Assembly: GCA_964532505.1 (NCBI GenBank)
Contig: CAZHIF010000003.1
Location: forward strand, 21,237-85,236
Direction: 5' to 3'
From: an uncultured Candidatus Peribacteria bacterium
GTDB taxonomy: Bacteria; Patescibacteriota; Gracilibacteria; CAIRYL01
DNA length: 64,000 nucleotides
Positions 36,978 to 49,876 of this stretch are shown in pieces. A model generated the notes under the pieces. That model was given only the letters and a program-made list of their open reading frames with translations, did no database searches and was not told the origin of the DNA. How positions within the stretch are numbered: the first letter of the stretch is position 1; the number at the start of each line of letters is the position of its first letter. The position numbers and the translations under genes are program-made.

Positions 36978-37925
36978 CTATGGGCTTTTTTTCATTTTTG
37001 CAATAAAAAAGCCTTCCGTATTTTGAGAAGGGATAACGCGCATGGCAAGGGGATATGCCCCGAATCCTTGTTTCGATTCTGGAATCTGGATATGGTTCAT
37101 GGGAATCAAGGAAACCGTTGGAAAATCTTTCAATACCTCTTTGAGTACTTCTTCATTTTCTTCAGCCGAGAGTGTGCAGGTGGAATAGATGAGTTCTCCA
37201 TTGGGCGCCAAGTGATGAAGACTTGCTGTAAGTAATGCTTTTTGCAGGGTTGCGTTTTGCTGTACTTTTTTTTCACTCCAAAATCCGAAACTTTTTTCGT
37301 TTTCAAAATGCATTCTTCCTTCGGCAGAGCACGGCGCATCGAGCAGAATGTGAGAAAAAAATCTTTTGTTGTGTTCAAGGTATTTAAGAGCATCGGCTTT
37401 GATTGCAGTGGTGTTCGTCACTCCTTGTGTTTTGAGAGTATGCAAGAGCTTTTCATATCGAATTTGATTTTTTTCTAGCGCCACAATACTTCCTCTGTTT
37501 TGCAGTATACTTGCCATTTGCGATGTTTTACTTCCTGGTGCTGCGCACACGTCTAAAACCGTTGGATTTTTGGTGGTAGAAAAGTCAAACTCCATCACAG
37601 GAAGAAGGCTTGAAATACTCTGCAGATAAATATCTCCTTCATAAAAAGCTCTGGAACCTTTGATGGAAAAAAGCGATTCAGGGGCAAATGTCCACACCAA
37701 TGGGAAATTTGTTTTTTTTATGGCAATGTTTTTTTCTTGAAATTCTTTTTCCACCTTTTCGGGCAACACGAAAGACTCCACTAAGGGATGGCGAAGCGTA
37801 TTGATGCGAAATGATCCATTTCGTTTAGCGCTAAACCCTTGTTGAATGGTTTCCAAATCATTTGGAAAAAGAGTTTCTATCGTGCGCCAAAGTGCCGAAG
37901 GAAATTTTGAAACCTCTGTGTGCAC
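36978..37925 (-). CDS. RsmB/RsmF (NOL1/NOP2/Sun) family RNA m5C methyltransferase
   Basis: VLDVCAAPGSKTSQMA (SAM motif), ILLDAPCSAEG, and TCTLS (the two catalytic Cys regions). Confidence 0.8.
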   Translation of the reverse strand: MHTEVSKFPSALWRTIETLFPNDLETIQQGFSAKRNGSFRINTLRHPLVESFVLPEKVEKEFQEKNIAIKKTNFPLVWTFAPESLFSIKGSRAFYEGDIYLQSISSLLPVMEFDFSTTKNPTVLDVCAAPGSKTSQMASILQNRGSIVALEKNQIRYEKLLHTLKTQGVTNTTAIKADALKYLEHNKRFFSHILLDAPCSAEGRMHFENEKSFGFWSEKKVQQNATLQKALLTASLHHLAPNGELIYSTCTLSAEENEEVLKEVLKDFPTVSLIPMNHIQIPESKQGFGAYPLAMRVIPSQNTEGFFIAKMKKSP

Positions 37926-38027
37926 AAGGGTATATAAAATCTATCTTTCGCTATTGTAAAGAAAACAAAAGCAAAAAAAAAGAGATTGCCATGGCAATCT
38001 CTTTTGAAAAATAAGAATAATTGAAAA

Positions 38028-38372
38028 TTACATAAGCATTTGCAGCTCAATTGTTCCTTTTGCTCCATCTTTTGGAGCGGCAATACATGTGAGAATGGTG
38101 TCATCATCCGTTTCGATATACTGCTCTCCAAATTTCTTATGATCAATCAGATCTCGTCCGCACGTTACTTGCGCTGCACAGCTCATGCATGCACCTGCAT
38201 GGCAAGAAAATGGTAAATCAACTCCCTTTGTTCCACACTCATCCAAAATGCTTTCCGAAGCATCCACAGGACCTTCATATACCACTACCCCAGAACTGTC
38301 TTTTACGCGAAGCGTAACTCCTTCAGCTATCACAGTTTTTGCGGTCTCCACCGCGTCTTGAACAAATGACAT
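38028..38372 (-). CDS. plant-type [2Fe-2S] ferredoxin
   Basis: Cluster ligand pattern SCHAGACMSCAAQV ... LTCIAAP (C-x4-C-x2-C ... C). The start is taken at MSFVQD (38372); the track ORF extends to 38396. Confidence 0.8.
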   Translation of the reverse strand: MSFVQDAVETAKTVIAEGVTLRVKDSSGVVVYEGPVDASESILDECGTKGVDLPFSCHAGACMSCAAQVTCGRDLIDHKKFGEQYIETDDDTILTCIAAPKDGAKGTIELQMLM

Positions 38373-38556
38373 ACAGTAAAAAAAATAACATATCACAGTG
38401 CATTCTACTTGTTTTTTTTTGATACAGGCAAGGAAAAAGTTTTTTTGCTTGATTCACAAGTCTATGCCTTGGTATAATTCCCTTCGCGTCTTTGTTTTTT
38501 TTCGTGGCCAAAGAAAATAGGCGTTTTTATTATTTTGAGCCACACCACATATTTTT

Positions 38557-39732
38557 ATGACACTTGTTGCAAAAAAAGGGCACGATGAAATGCTGCATTC
38601 GATCATCGGTGCTGGACCTTCTGGTATTGCTATTTCTCCAGGGTTGGTTATTCCTGGGAGAGTAATCGCTAAAGAAAAAGGTCGAGTTTTGGTTGATCTT
38701 GGTGGAACTACTACAGGGGTGGTTTCTGGAAAGGAACTTATTGACGGGTTTAACACCTCAAAAGCGCTTCAAATTGGAGACGAGGTGATGGTGTTTGTGT
38801 TGGAAGATGAAAACGAAGAAGGAATGGTGGTGCTTTCGTTCAGAAAGGCTGCACAAATGCAGGCATGGGACAAGTTCCTCAAGATGAAAGAATCAAAAGA
38901 AACGCTTCAAGTAGTGGCGAAAGAAGCAAATAAAGGAGGTCTTATGGTGGATGCTATGGGGATCAAAGCCTTTTTGCCGGTTTCGCAGCTCGCTCCAGAG
39001 CACTATCCTCGTGTGGATGGAGCCAATGCAGAGGCTATTTTGGAATACCTTGAAAAATTTATTGGGCAGAAGTTTACAGTTTGTGTGATTACCATCAGCG
39101 AAGAATCTCGAAAGCTAGTTGTATCAGAACGAGAAGCGCTCCACAAAGATCGGTCGAAAGAACTCAAAGAATTAACTCTTGGGGCAGCGGTGAAAGGGCG
39201 AATCCATGGACTTGTGAAGTTTGGAGCATTTATGACGTTTGGAAAATTGGAAGGACTTATCCATATTTCAGAAATTTCTTGGGGGCATATTAAGACGCCA
39301 GGAGAAGTGCTTAAAGTAGGGCAAGAAGTGGAAGCCATGATTATTGGAATCGATGAAGAAAAAATCTCTCTTTCTATGAAGCGGCTAACCCCTGATCCTT
39401 GGGTAGAAGCGGTGAAAAACTTTGCTATTGGATCTCGAGTAAAGGGGACTCTTTCAAAAATTGCTGAGTTTGGAATGTTTGTCGCGCTCACTGAAAACGT
39501 GACCGGATTGGTGCACAAATCACAATTCACGGAAGAAGAGGTGGTAAATCTAACCGAAGGGCAAGAGGTGGAGGTGACTATTTTGGAAATCAATGAAAAA
39601 GATCATTCTCTCAAACTTACCTTTCGGGAGCTGAAGGATGTGGAAGAAATGCAAAAGGAGTCACCAAAGAAAAAAGAGGAAGCTATTGCTGATGATGTTT
39701 CAGAAAAAGTAGACGCACCTGATGAAGCATAA
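38557..39732 (+). CDS. rpsA: 30S ribosomal protein S1 (about four S1 domains)
   Basis: Repeated S1 OB motifs: GRVIAKEKGRVLVDLGG, GGLMVDAMGIKAFLPVSQ, GRIHGLVKFGAFMTFGKLEGLIHISE, GTLSKIAEFGMFVAL...GLVHKSQ. Confidence 0.9.
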   Translation: MTLVAKKGHDEMLHSIIGAGPSGIAISPGLVIPGRVIAKEKGRVLVDLGGTTTGVVSGKELIDGFNTSKALQIGDEVMVFVLEDENEEGMVVLSFRKAAQMQAWDKFLKMKESKETLQVVAKEANKGGLMVDAMGIKAFLPVSQLAPEHYPRVDGANAEAILEYLEKFIGQKFTVCVITISEESRKLVVSEREALHKDRSKELKELTLGAAVKGRIHGLVKFGAFMTFGKLEGLIHISEISWGHIKTPGEVLKVGQEVEAMIIGIDEEKISLSMKRLTPDPWVEAVKNFAIGSRVKGTLSKIAEFGMFVALTENVTGLVHKSQFTEEEVVNLTEGQEVEVTILEINEKDHSLKLTFRELKDVEEMQKESPKKKEEAIADDVSEKVDAPDEA

Positions 39733-39760
39733 TTTCCAAAAAACTTGCACAACAAAAAAA

Positions 39761-39782
39761 AGGAGCGATGAGCTCCTTTTTT
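39761..39782 (+). terminator. rho-independent terminator after rpsA
   Basis: AGGAGC (39761-39766), a 5-nt loop, GCTCCT (39772-39777), then TTTTT. It is preceded by an A-run. Confidence 0.7.
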
Positions 39783-40153
39783 GCAATTTCCAAAAAAATG
39801 GTAAAAGTATTGGCGGTTATAAATTTTTAGAATGACTAATTACGGACTCTAAAAAGCCCCAATATATAAAAATAGGTACTGAATCAAAAGATTTTGTGCA
39901 AAATTTCTCAGCTTTGAAGGATTTCGTTTAACTGGAAAAAAAGGGGGGGCATTACATTACATACCTACTGCAGAATTGAAGCAGTAAAATAAATCTCTTC
40001 TAAGGAGGTTCGATGCTTTAAGGTTTTCTTCACTTTTCCTATTCTTGTATTGAGCAGAGGAAGCTTTTTAAATAAAAAAAATGCCAGCAATCCTTTCTGG
40101 AAGCTGCTTTTTATCTTTTTTAATATATTCTCAAAAAAAAGTAAAAAAAACTC

Positions 40154-40183
40154 TTGACTCACCTAAAACATTTTTGATACTCT
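40154..40183 (+). promoter_or_regulatory. candidate rRNA operon promoter
   Basis: TTGACT (40154-40159), a 16-18-nt spacer, then GATACT/TACTCT (40176-40183), with an A-rich tract immediately upstream. It lies about 240 nt upstream of the 23S 5' processing stem. Confidence 0.3.
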
Positions 40184-40424
40184 GCATTGGCTCTGATTTT
40201 TTCAGGTCAGAGTTTTACGGTCTTTTACATCATTGGAAAGAATTTTATGAGAAAAGAAAGAGAAGAAAAATCTTTCAATGAACGACATTAAATTATAACT
40301 ATTTCTTTTTGTTAACCACATAAGAAATTGCAATTTTTGTAAGTAATAAAAGGTTTTTCTCGAGCAAAATTCATCTCTTTTTGTTAAAAAAGAAAGAGGT
40401 GTTTGTCAAATGGAAAGAGCATTT

Positions 40425-43412
<2,988 letters not shown>

Positions 43413-43582
43413 TATTTGCTCTTTCGATGACTTCAAAGTGATCTCAAGTGCTTTTTGCTATTATAGTAAAAACTTGAGTAAAAGGTCCTTGAGACCCTTT
43501 GAGGGTTTGACAAACAGCCTCTTTGTTTTTACTCATAGGTTTCTTTCCTCTGATACTGACCGTTTTGTAAAAAAAAGGTCGT

Positions 43583-43701
43583 GTCTTGGTGGTTATAGAG
43601 GAGGGGGTACACCTGATCCCATTCCGAACTCAGCAGTTAAGTCCTCCATCGCCCATGGTACTTGGACCATAGGTCCTGGGAGAGTAGGTCGCCGCCAAGA
43701 C
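43583..43701 (+). rRNA. rrf: 5S ribosomal RNA
   Basis: GTCTTGGTGG...CCCATTCCGAACTCAGCAGTTAAG...GAGAGTAGGTCGCCGCCAAGAC. Helix I closes perfectly, and the sequence is collinear with bacterial 5S. Confidence 0.95.
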
Positions 43702-43722
43702 ACGGTCTTTTTTTATGTCTCA

Positions 43723-43752
43723 ATCTGATAGCATTCTTATCAGATTTTTTTT
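43723..43752 (+). terminator. rho-independent terminator of the rRNA operon
   Basis: ATCTGATA (43723-43730) / TATCAGAT (43738-43745) is a perfect 8-bp stem with a 7-nt loop, followed by eight T. Confidence 0.7.
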
Positions 43753-43916
43753 GTTAACGATTTTTAAAAACTTTTTTAGAGTAAGCTATATTCTATACTG
43801 TTTTGAATTCTGAAACTGTTTATCAAATGAATGCTCATTGGCATTGCTTTCTGGTGTTCTTCTGAGTGGGTGGTAGTAGAATTTTCTTGAGATAGCAAAG
43901 GTTTGGTGGAATAATT

Positions 43917-44876
43917 TTAGCTTTGTTCGGTTATAGAATCTATAATGCGCTGAATGTGTTCAGGAATGTTTCTTGGATGGTATATTTTTTTAACTGCTAC
44001 AGCAACTTCTGATTGTAATATCTTTGGATCCGTTCCATTGTTTATTTGGCTTATCAAATTGCTTAATGGAAACTGACTCTCTTTGCGATCTCTTTTAAGT
44101 GCAACTCTCAATTGACTTATTATTCTTCCTAGAGTTAATTTATTTACACGCCTATCTTGCCTATCTATATATTTTCTTGTTTTTATTTCAATTTGATGAG
44201 CTTCTTTTTCTCTGCCTGTATTCAAGAAAAAACCATACAAAGATAGAAGAAGAAATAGTATCGCTCCTATTCCAAATATTTTTAAAAGTTCTTCATGCTT
44301 TTCTTTGAGGATTTTTAGAATAGTTTTTGCCTCTTGAGGTTCTATTCCTTTAGTACTGTAATTATTTACAATCGTTTTTGCATCCTCAAAACTCTTAGCA
44401 TTTTCTAACTCATCAAATATACTTTGTGGAACATCAAGCAACACATGAAATGTATTATGTTTACGTTGATCTAATGAGTCTGAAAATAAAATAGGGATGT
44501 TTTTATCTTTTGCAATATCTCTGATTTCCTTAATTAAATTTAAGATTTCTTTCTTTTTCTCTTCATTATTTAATACTCCAAGGTCCTTTATTGCTTGTTG
44601 CAAAAAGACTTGTAATTTGGTGATAATATGACTAACTCCATCTTCCGTATACTCTAATTTCTCAGAATTGGCTTGTTCCAATGCTTTTCTTACTAATATA
44701 AGTGTTTTTTTAAGATCATCATACGATAAAGTTCCAACGGTCTTGGTGTGAGGAAGTACCGTATCTGGAGCTATTGATAAAGCGTCTTCCCCTTTATTCA
44801 ACTGAACAGTTGTTGCAACGGCCTGTGGAGAGAGCAAAGCTAATGCTAATATTGATGCTGATGCTATTTTATTCAC
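43917..44876 (-). CDS. hypothetical exported, single-pass membrane protein (319 aa)
   Basis: Signal peptide MNKIASASILALALLSPQAVA, a helical ectodomain, TM segment IFGIGAILFLLLSLYGFFL, and a basic cytoplasmic tail. No recognisable motif. Confidence 0.6.
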   Translation of the reverse strand: MNKIASASILALALLSPQAVATTVQLNKGEDALSIAPDTVLPHTKTVGTLSYDDLKKTLILVRKALEQANSEKLEYTEDGVSHIITKLQVFLQQAIKDLGVLNNEEKKKEILNLIKEIRDIAKDKNIPILFSDSLDQRKHNTFHVLLDVPQSIFDELENAKSFEDAKTIVNNYSTKGIEPQEAKTILKILKEKHEELLKIFGIGAILFLLLSLYGFFLNTGREKEAHQIEIKTRKYIDRQDRRVNKLTLGRIISQLRVALKRDRKESQFPLSNLISQINNGTDPKILQSEVAVAVKKIYHPRNIPEHIQRIIDSITEQS

Positions 44877-44880
44877 AAAA

Positions 44881-45777
44881 TTATGATTTTATAGATTGAA
44901 GATGGGATTGATTAATAGAACTGTTAGAAATGTTTTGAGAAAATTTAGGATTAATAATAAATGTTTTTATTTGATTATCAGACCCTAGGCTATTATTTCC
45001 TACTTCTACTAATTGAATTGTATTTCCGATAATAGTAATAGATTTTGCTTTTTTAATACGGTTTAGGTCGAGTGCGGTTCTATTGTCGCTTTGATCAATA
45101 AATACCATCATTTCGATAGCTCTTATCAGCCCATCAGCAGATGATAAATCAAAGTTTTCTTGTGGGGCTTTTTCTTCTTTTTCCTTTTCTGGGGTTCTTG
45201 GTCTGATAATCGATTTTGGTTTTTGAGTACGGGGATTTATTTCCTGAGATGGCTTATTTATTTTATCTAAAGAAGTAGCTTGTTGTTTTATTTGTGGAGG
45301 ACTAAGGATACTTCTTGCCAATGCATGATCTGGATGATTTGCTTTTTCTGCTACTGTCTGAAGCATTAATGGATTGTTTTTATAAAACTCTACAAGCTTG
45401 CTTTGAGTGTTGTTTGGTTGTGTGGGGTTATTTTTTGGTTGTTGTGGAGATGGAGTAGGTTTTGTTTTCTTATTGATATAAGCCTGATATTCCTCTGGAT
45501 ACTGTTTTGCATATCCTGCACTGATGGCAAATTTTTCTTCTAATTGTGCTTGTGTTAGCGGAGTTTTTTGTTGGGTACTGGAATCAACTTTCTGTTTGAG
45601 TTTATTTTGAGCTGATTTTTGAGACAGCAAAAACGCTCTATATTCTGCTTGCAATTTTTTTTGATGTTTCCCTATCTTTTCGTTCATTTGCTCTTTGAAT
45701 TTCTGTTTTGTATTCTTGTATCGTTTTTGGTTGCTTCGAGTTGTTGTTATTCTTTTCTGTTTCGTTTGCAGGAGCAA
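44881..45777 (-). CDS. hypothetical Lys/Gln/Pro-rich protein (298 aa)
   Basis: It ends 4 nt upstream of the start of the downstream 43917-44876 gene. It is largely low-complexity and basic, with a short structured C-terminal part. No recognisable motif. Confidence 0.55.
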   Translation of the reverse strand: MLLQTKQKRITTTRSNQKRYKNTKQKFKEQMNEKIGKHQKKLQAEYRAFLLSQKSAQNKLKQKVDSSTQQKTPLTQAQLEEKFAISAGYAKQYPEEYQAYINKKTKPTPSPQQPKNNPTQPNNTQSKLVEFYKNNPLMLQTVAEKANHPDHALARSILSPPQIKQQATSLDKINKPSQEINPRTQKPKSIIRPRTPEKEKEEKAPQENFDLSSADGLIRAIEMMVFIDQSDNRTALDLNRIKKAKSITIIGNTIQLVEVGNNSLGSDNQIKTFIINPKFSQNISNSSINQSHLQSIKS

Positions 45778-45906
45778 TTTGTTGTCCGAAAAAATGAGCC
45801 AATCTCTTTTCTAAAAATATCATATATTTTTTATAAATTTCTTATTATTTTATCGAATTTTCAAAAAAAAAGAAATCCAAATTTTTAATAAAAATAATTC
45901 CTCATA

Positions 45907-46164
45907 TTAGTGTCCCTCATTTCGAATAAAAAATCCTTCTTCATTCCCTTCTTCTGGAGGATTTTGAATGGCTTCGTTGAGCTCATCAATCAGTTCCAAA
46001 AGCTCTCCTTCCGAAAATCCATGGCTTAAAATTCCTTGTTCTAGCGTTTCAAATTCGCTGACATGACATGACGCACAGTGCACTCCATAGTCAAAAAAAA
46101 TTTCTACGGTAAATGGATAGCTTCTGACGATGTCTCCGATAATGGTTTTTTTTGTGATGTTCAT
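45907..46164 (-). CDS. DUF1858-type small protein (hybrid-cluster-protein-associated redox disulfide domain)
   Basis: TIIGDIVRSYPFTVEIFFDYGVHCASCHVSEFETLEQG matches the remembered DUF1858 pattern (..P....f...GmhC.gC......tleea). Confidence 0.65.
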   Translation of the reverse strand: MNITKKTIIGDIVRSYPFTVEIFFDYGVHCASCHVSEFETLEQGILSHGFSEGELLELIDELNEAIQNPPEEGNEEGFFIRNEGH

Positions 46165-46259
46165 GATAATTGAAGAGATTTCAAGAAATGATAAAAAAAC
46201 TACTCGATTGTATCAATTTCTGCGCAGTCGTGCAAATTCACCCTCTCCAAATTCGCCTC

Positions 46260-48953
46260 TTATCCCAAAAGTCCTTTATCTCCCCTCAGTCGACAGTGTA
46301 GTGTAAGAAAGGTGTCCCACTGTGCCACGTCTTCTGCCGAAAACGGATAGGCGTTTGTTTGGCAAGAGAGAAACTGGCATGCTTTGGCAACTATAGAAGC
46401 AGCGTTTTGCTCCCAGTTTTCCTGCATGGCATCCAGTGAAGGCGAAGAAAAATCCCACCGAAGACCATTTTCATTTGAGTATGAAGCCGAAAGCATGGCT
46501 TTGAGCGAAGGAGTAAAGCATGCAATACACTCTTTTTGTGCCGATTTGGGAAGGGCTGCTATGCAGGGAAAAGAATCTTTGAGGATTGCTTCGATGAGAA
46601 ATGGTACCATTTTTTGCACCTGTTGCCACGACGGTTCTAGTGTGTTGGCAACACTCTCAAATCCATTGAGCATAAGTGTGGAAAACACATGTGGCGCAAT
46701 GGCAGAAAATTGTCGAATGGTTTGCAGCAAGTCAAATGCTTCGAATGATAGCAATACCGAATGATATTGATCTGAAGAAAGTGCCGCGAACCCCTCCCCT
46801 TTCCCCAAAAGCGCGAGTGGATAGAGCACTGAAGATGCGGTATTGGCAGCAATAGCACGAGCATTTATCTGTTGGCTTGCGGTGATTTTTTCTCGAAGAT
46901 GTACCCCTGAAATTTTTTCTCCACCGGATTCTCGTTTGAGGGTTCGATCTCGCAGTACCGGAGTGATTTCTGTTGCAAAGAGTTCAATGAGCGCAGGGAG
47001 CGAAACAGGGTCTTTGTTGGTATCTTCTTCCGATCCTATAATAGCTTCATAGTACCTATTCTCTTCCTTCACAAATACTTCAACTCCCGCGGAAGGTGCA
47101 AAATGCTGTGGATTGCTGCTAGAAAGAATTTTCATATTCTGTGCTTTTGTTTCTTTCAGCGTATTGAGCAGTTTTGAAAGGCGTAATGATCCCATCGACA
47201 TTGCCCATTCTCGGGCTTTGCTCTGCAGGGTGATGGCATTGAGCCATGGGTATTTTCTGAGAAGAGAAAGTAGCCCGTTCCCTTTGCGTTTTACTTGATC
47301 GTTCCAATGGGGGCCGAGGCACTCACGAAGTTTTGATATTTTTTCTTCTGGCAGATTTTCTGCAAAAACAGAAATATCAAAATGTGGGTCCAAAAATCCA
47401 CTTTGCCGAAATGTTGATTCTCCAGTCCCCAGCTTCACTCGCACATCCATATCATTTTTTTTGCTCCATTCCCAAATGGCGATTGCTGCTCTCCATGTTT
47501 GCGTGAAACTACTAGCAGATCCCATCGATTTGGAAAGATCTGATCCTGCAAAGAAAAATTCTGGAATACGCTTTGTAAAGTCTTTTTTCCCATAAAACGC
47601 AAGGAGCGTATCGAGCATCGAAACGACATGATGCACTGTCGTTGTTTTCTTTGTTTCTAGGAGTGGACAAAGCGAAAGGGATTCAAGTGGATCGGCTGCC
47701 GAAAACTGAGATAGGCGTTCTTTCCAGCGTTTTCCTTTTTCTTTCAAAAACTGTTCAATTGTGATGATATCTTGGGCACAGGTGCACTGTGCCAAAATAA
47801 TCTGACAAACAGTGTCGGGCGAAATGGTGTTGATAGTGAGAATTTGATCGATAATGTGCGAAGCAGTTTTGTAGTGTTGCATTTCCGATTTACTTAGTAA
47901 GTTGAGCGAATTTCCCAGCTCGCTTTTTTGCAGCGCGATAATAAATTTGGGATCAAATCGAGGAATGAAGTGCACTCGTTCGGAAAGATACACAATATCT
48001 GCCTCTGAAGAAGACGATTTTCGTCGCTTGCTTTCGTCTCTCATTTTCACAAGTTTTCGCAAATGCCACTCTCGTTTTCGCTTGAGCTGTTCCATTTGAG
48101 CGATGTAAACAGGATTTTCACTGTCTTCATGGTTTCCTGCCAAGTGCCGAGTGAGCGCAAAAATCGACCGATCGATGCGATGAAATTCCGACACGAGGTT
48201 TCTGTTTTCTTCTCGCTCTGCAAGGGTGAAAAGCGAATCTTTTCGCACAAAATCTTGTTCCGAAATTCCTCTGGCGCTTTGGTTTATGTCGTCAATGAGG
48301 AGCTCTGCAAAAATAGAAAGCATGATTCCATCAGGGCGTTTTGCTCCGTCAAAATCAATCCATTGATAGAATTTTGATTCTCCTGAAAGGAGCATTTTTT
48401 TCGCGGTCATCACAGCCTCCAGTCTCTCATCTAAATATACAGGGTCTTGCTTTTCTTCGTCTAAAAACGCTGCAAAAGAGATGTTTTTTTCCTCTGCTTT
48501 TTCTTCTGCTTTCCACTGTGGAATGGTTGCGTATCGGTTGTAGAGCCGAAAAAACGAAGGCACTTTTTGCAAGAGCAGAGGAGTCATTTGTGCATGGGCT
48601 GGGATTTTCGCATTTTCGAGCGAATAGATTCGTTTTTTGCATTCTTCAAAAATGGTTTTAGCACATTTTTCTGCATATTCCGAAGAATTGATGCTTTCTC
48701 CTTGGTCAAATAATCTGAGCGCTGAATGTTTTGCTTCTCGCACTTTTTGCTTGATGAGCGTATCCCACGTTTGCGAAGGATGTGTTGTCCATTCAAAAAT
48801 CCGATCATGGTGTTGCCCTTTTTTATCTTCTGCATTGGTGCAAAGAGCAGCAATCATGTTTTTTTTATACGGAATATCTTCCACATATTCTTGAATTTCT
48901 CGGGAGATATCTTGCAATATCATGGCTTCGTAGTGGGACAACAGAAGAGGCAT
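46260..48953 (-). CDS. highly divergent phosphoenolpyruvate carboxylase-like protein (897 aa), with catalytic Gly/Arg loop degenerate
   Basis: Collinear with remembered E. coli Ppc motifs: WTTHPSQ vs LTAHPTE (48771-48788), W..FDGAKRPDG vs WMGGDRDGNP, and PLLET vs PLFET. Also FFFAGSDLSKSMG vs VMIGYSDSAKDAG (47508-47561) and GTGESTFRQSG vs GRGGSIGRGG (47397-47429). The length is similar to Ppc. Assigned by eye only. Confidence 0.4.
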   Translation of the reverse strand: MPLLLSHYEAMILQDISREIQEYVEDIPYKKNMIAALCTNAEDKKGQHHDRIFEWTTHPSQTWDTLIKQKVREAKHSALRLFDQGESINSSEYAEKCAKTIFEECKKRIYSLENAKIPAHAQMTPLLLQKVPSFFRLYNRYATIPQWKAEEKAEEKNISFAAFLDEEKQDPVYLDERLEAVMTAKKMLLSGESKFYQWIDFDGAKRPDGIMLSIFAELLIDDINQSARGISEQDFVRKDSLFTLAEREENRNLVSEFHRIDRSIFALTRHLAGNHEDSENPVYIAQMEQLKRKREWHLRKLVKMRDESKRRKSSSSEADIVYLSERVHFIPRFDPKFIIALQKSELGNSLNLLSKSEMQHYKTASHIIDQILTINTISPDTVCQIILAQCTCAQDIITIEQFLKEKGKRWKERLSQFSAADPLESLSLCPLLETKKTTTVHHVVSMLDTLLAFYGKKDFTKRIPEFFFAGSDLSKSMGSASSFTQTWRAAIAIWEWSKKNDMDVRVKLGTGESTFRQSGFLDPHFDISVFAENLPEEKISKLRECLGPHWNDQVKRKGNGLLSLLRKYPWLNAITLQSKAREWAMSMGSLRLSKLLNTLKETKAQNMKILSSSNPQHFAPSAGVEVFVKEENRYYEAIIGSEEDTNKDPVSLPALIELFATEITPVLRDRTLKRESGGEKISGVHLREKITASQQINARAIAANTASSVLYPLALLGKGEGFAALSSDQYHSVLLSFEAFDLLQTIRQFSAIAPHVFSTLMLNGFESVANTLEPSWQQVQKMVPFLIEAILKDSFPCIAALPKSAQKECIACFTPSLKAMLSASYSNENGLRWDFSSPSLDAMQENWEQNAASIVAKACQFLSCQTNAYPFSAEDVAQWDTFLTLHCRLRGDKGLLG

Positions 48954-49084
48954 AGGAAATGAAATATTCTTTTGTAGAAGTATACTTGGGGAATGAAAAA
49001 TTGAAAATGGAGAATTTTTAAAAAAAAGAGGTGTTATTTAAATGTTAGGATAATGATTAAAAGATGCTATGATGACGTGCGAAT

Positions 49085-49876
49085 ATGTTTTTTTACCCTG
49101 AAATGTCTAAAAAATCATCAAAATCAATTTTATTGCCAAAAACTCCTCATGAAATTGAAATAATGCGTCGAGGAGGAAAAATCCTCTATACCATCTTGCA
49201 TGAGCTAGGAAAAAAATCAGTAGAGGGGGCAACGATGAAAGATATCGATTGCATAGCGCATGCCCTTTGTCGGCAATATCACGTGAAACCAGCATTTTAT
49301 AAGCTCTATGATTTTCCGGGGGCTATTTGCTGTAGCGTGAATGATGAAGTGGTACACGGAACGCCTCGAGATATTCCACTAAAAAATGGTGATTTGTTTA
49401 CTATTGATTTTGGTGTTGAGATGGATGGATATTGTACCGATTCGGCATATACGTTTGTGGTGGGCGGTATTACGTCTCCAGAAAATAAAAAATTTTTAGA
49501 TACGGTTCAAAATGCACTGAATAATGCAATTGCCATTTGCAAAGATGGAGTACGGGTGGGAGATATTGGACATGTTATCGAGCAAACGATTTTAGGAGGA
49601 GGATATAGCGTGGTGGAAGAATTGGGCGGACATGGAATCGGGAAAAAAGTGCATGAAGATCCGCATATTTATAACTATGGAGACTGCAATACAGGAAAGG
49701 TTTTGAAGAAAGGAATGACAATTGCCATTGAGCCCATTGCCAACATGGGCAAAGGGAAGGTGGTAACCGATAAGGATAAATGGACGATTCGCAGCAAAGA
49801 TGGAAGTCTATCTGCCCAATTTGAGCATACTATTGTAATTGGAGAAACATGTGGAGATATTTTGACAATTGCCTAA
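49085..49876 (+). CDS. map: type I methionine aminopeptidase
   Basis: Metal ligands and motifs: VVHGTP, DFGVEMDGYCTDSAYTF, GHGIG, IAIEP, QFEHTIV. The start could be 49085 or the ATG at 49103. Confidence 0.95.
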   Translation: MFFYPEMSKKSSKSILLPKTPHEIEIMRRGGKILYTILHELGKKSVEGATMKDIDCIAHALCRQYHVKPAFYKLYDFPGAICCSVNDEVVHGTPRDIPLKNGDLFTIDFGVEMDGYCTDSAYTFVVGGITSPENKKFLDTVQNALNNAIAICKDGVRVGDIGHVIEQTILGGGYSVVEELGGHGIGKKVHEDPHIYNYGDCNTGKVLKKGMTIAIEPIANMGKGKVVTDKDKWTIRSKDGSLSAQFEHTIVIGETCGDILTIA

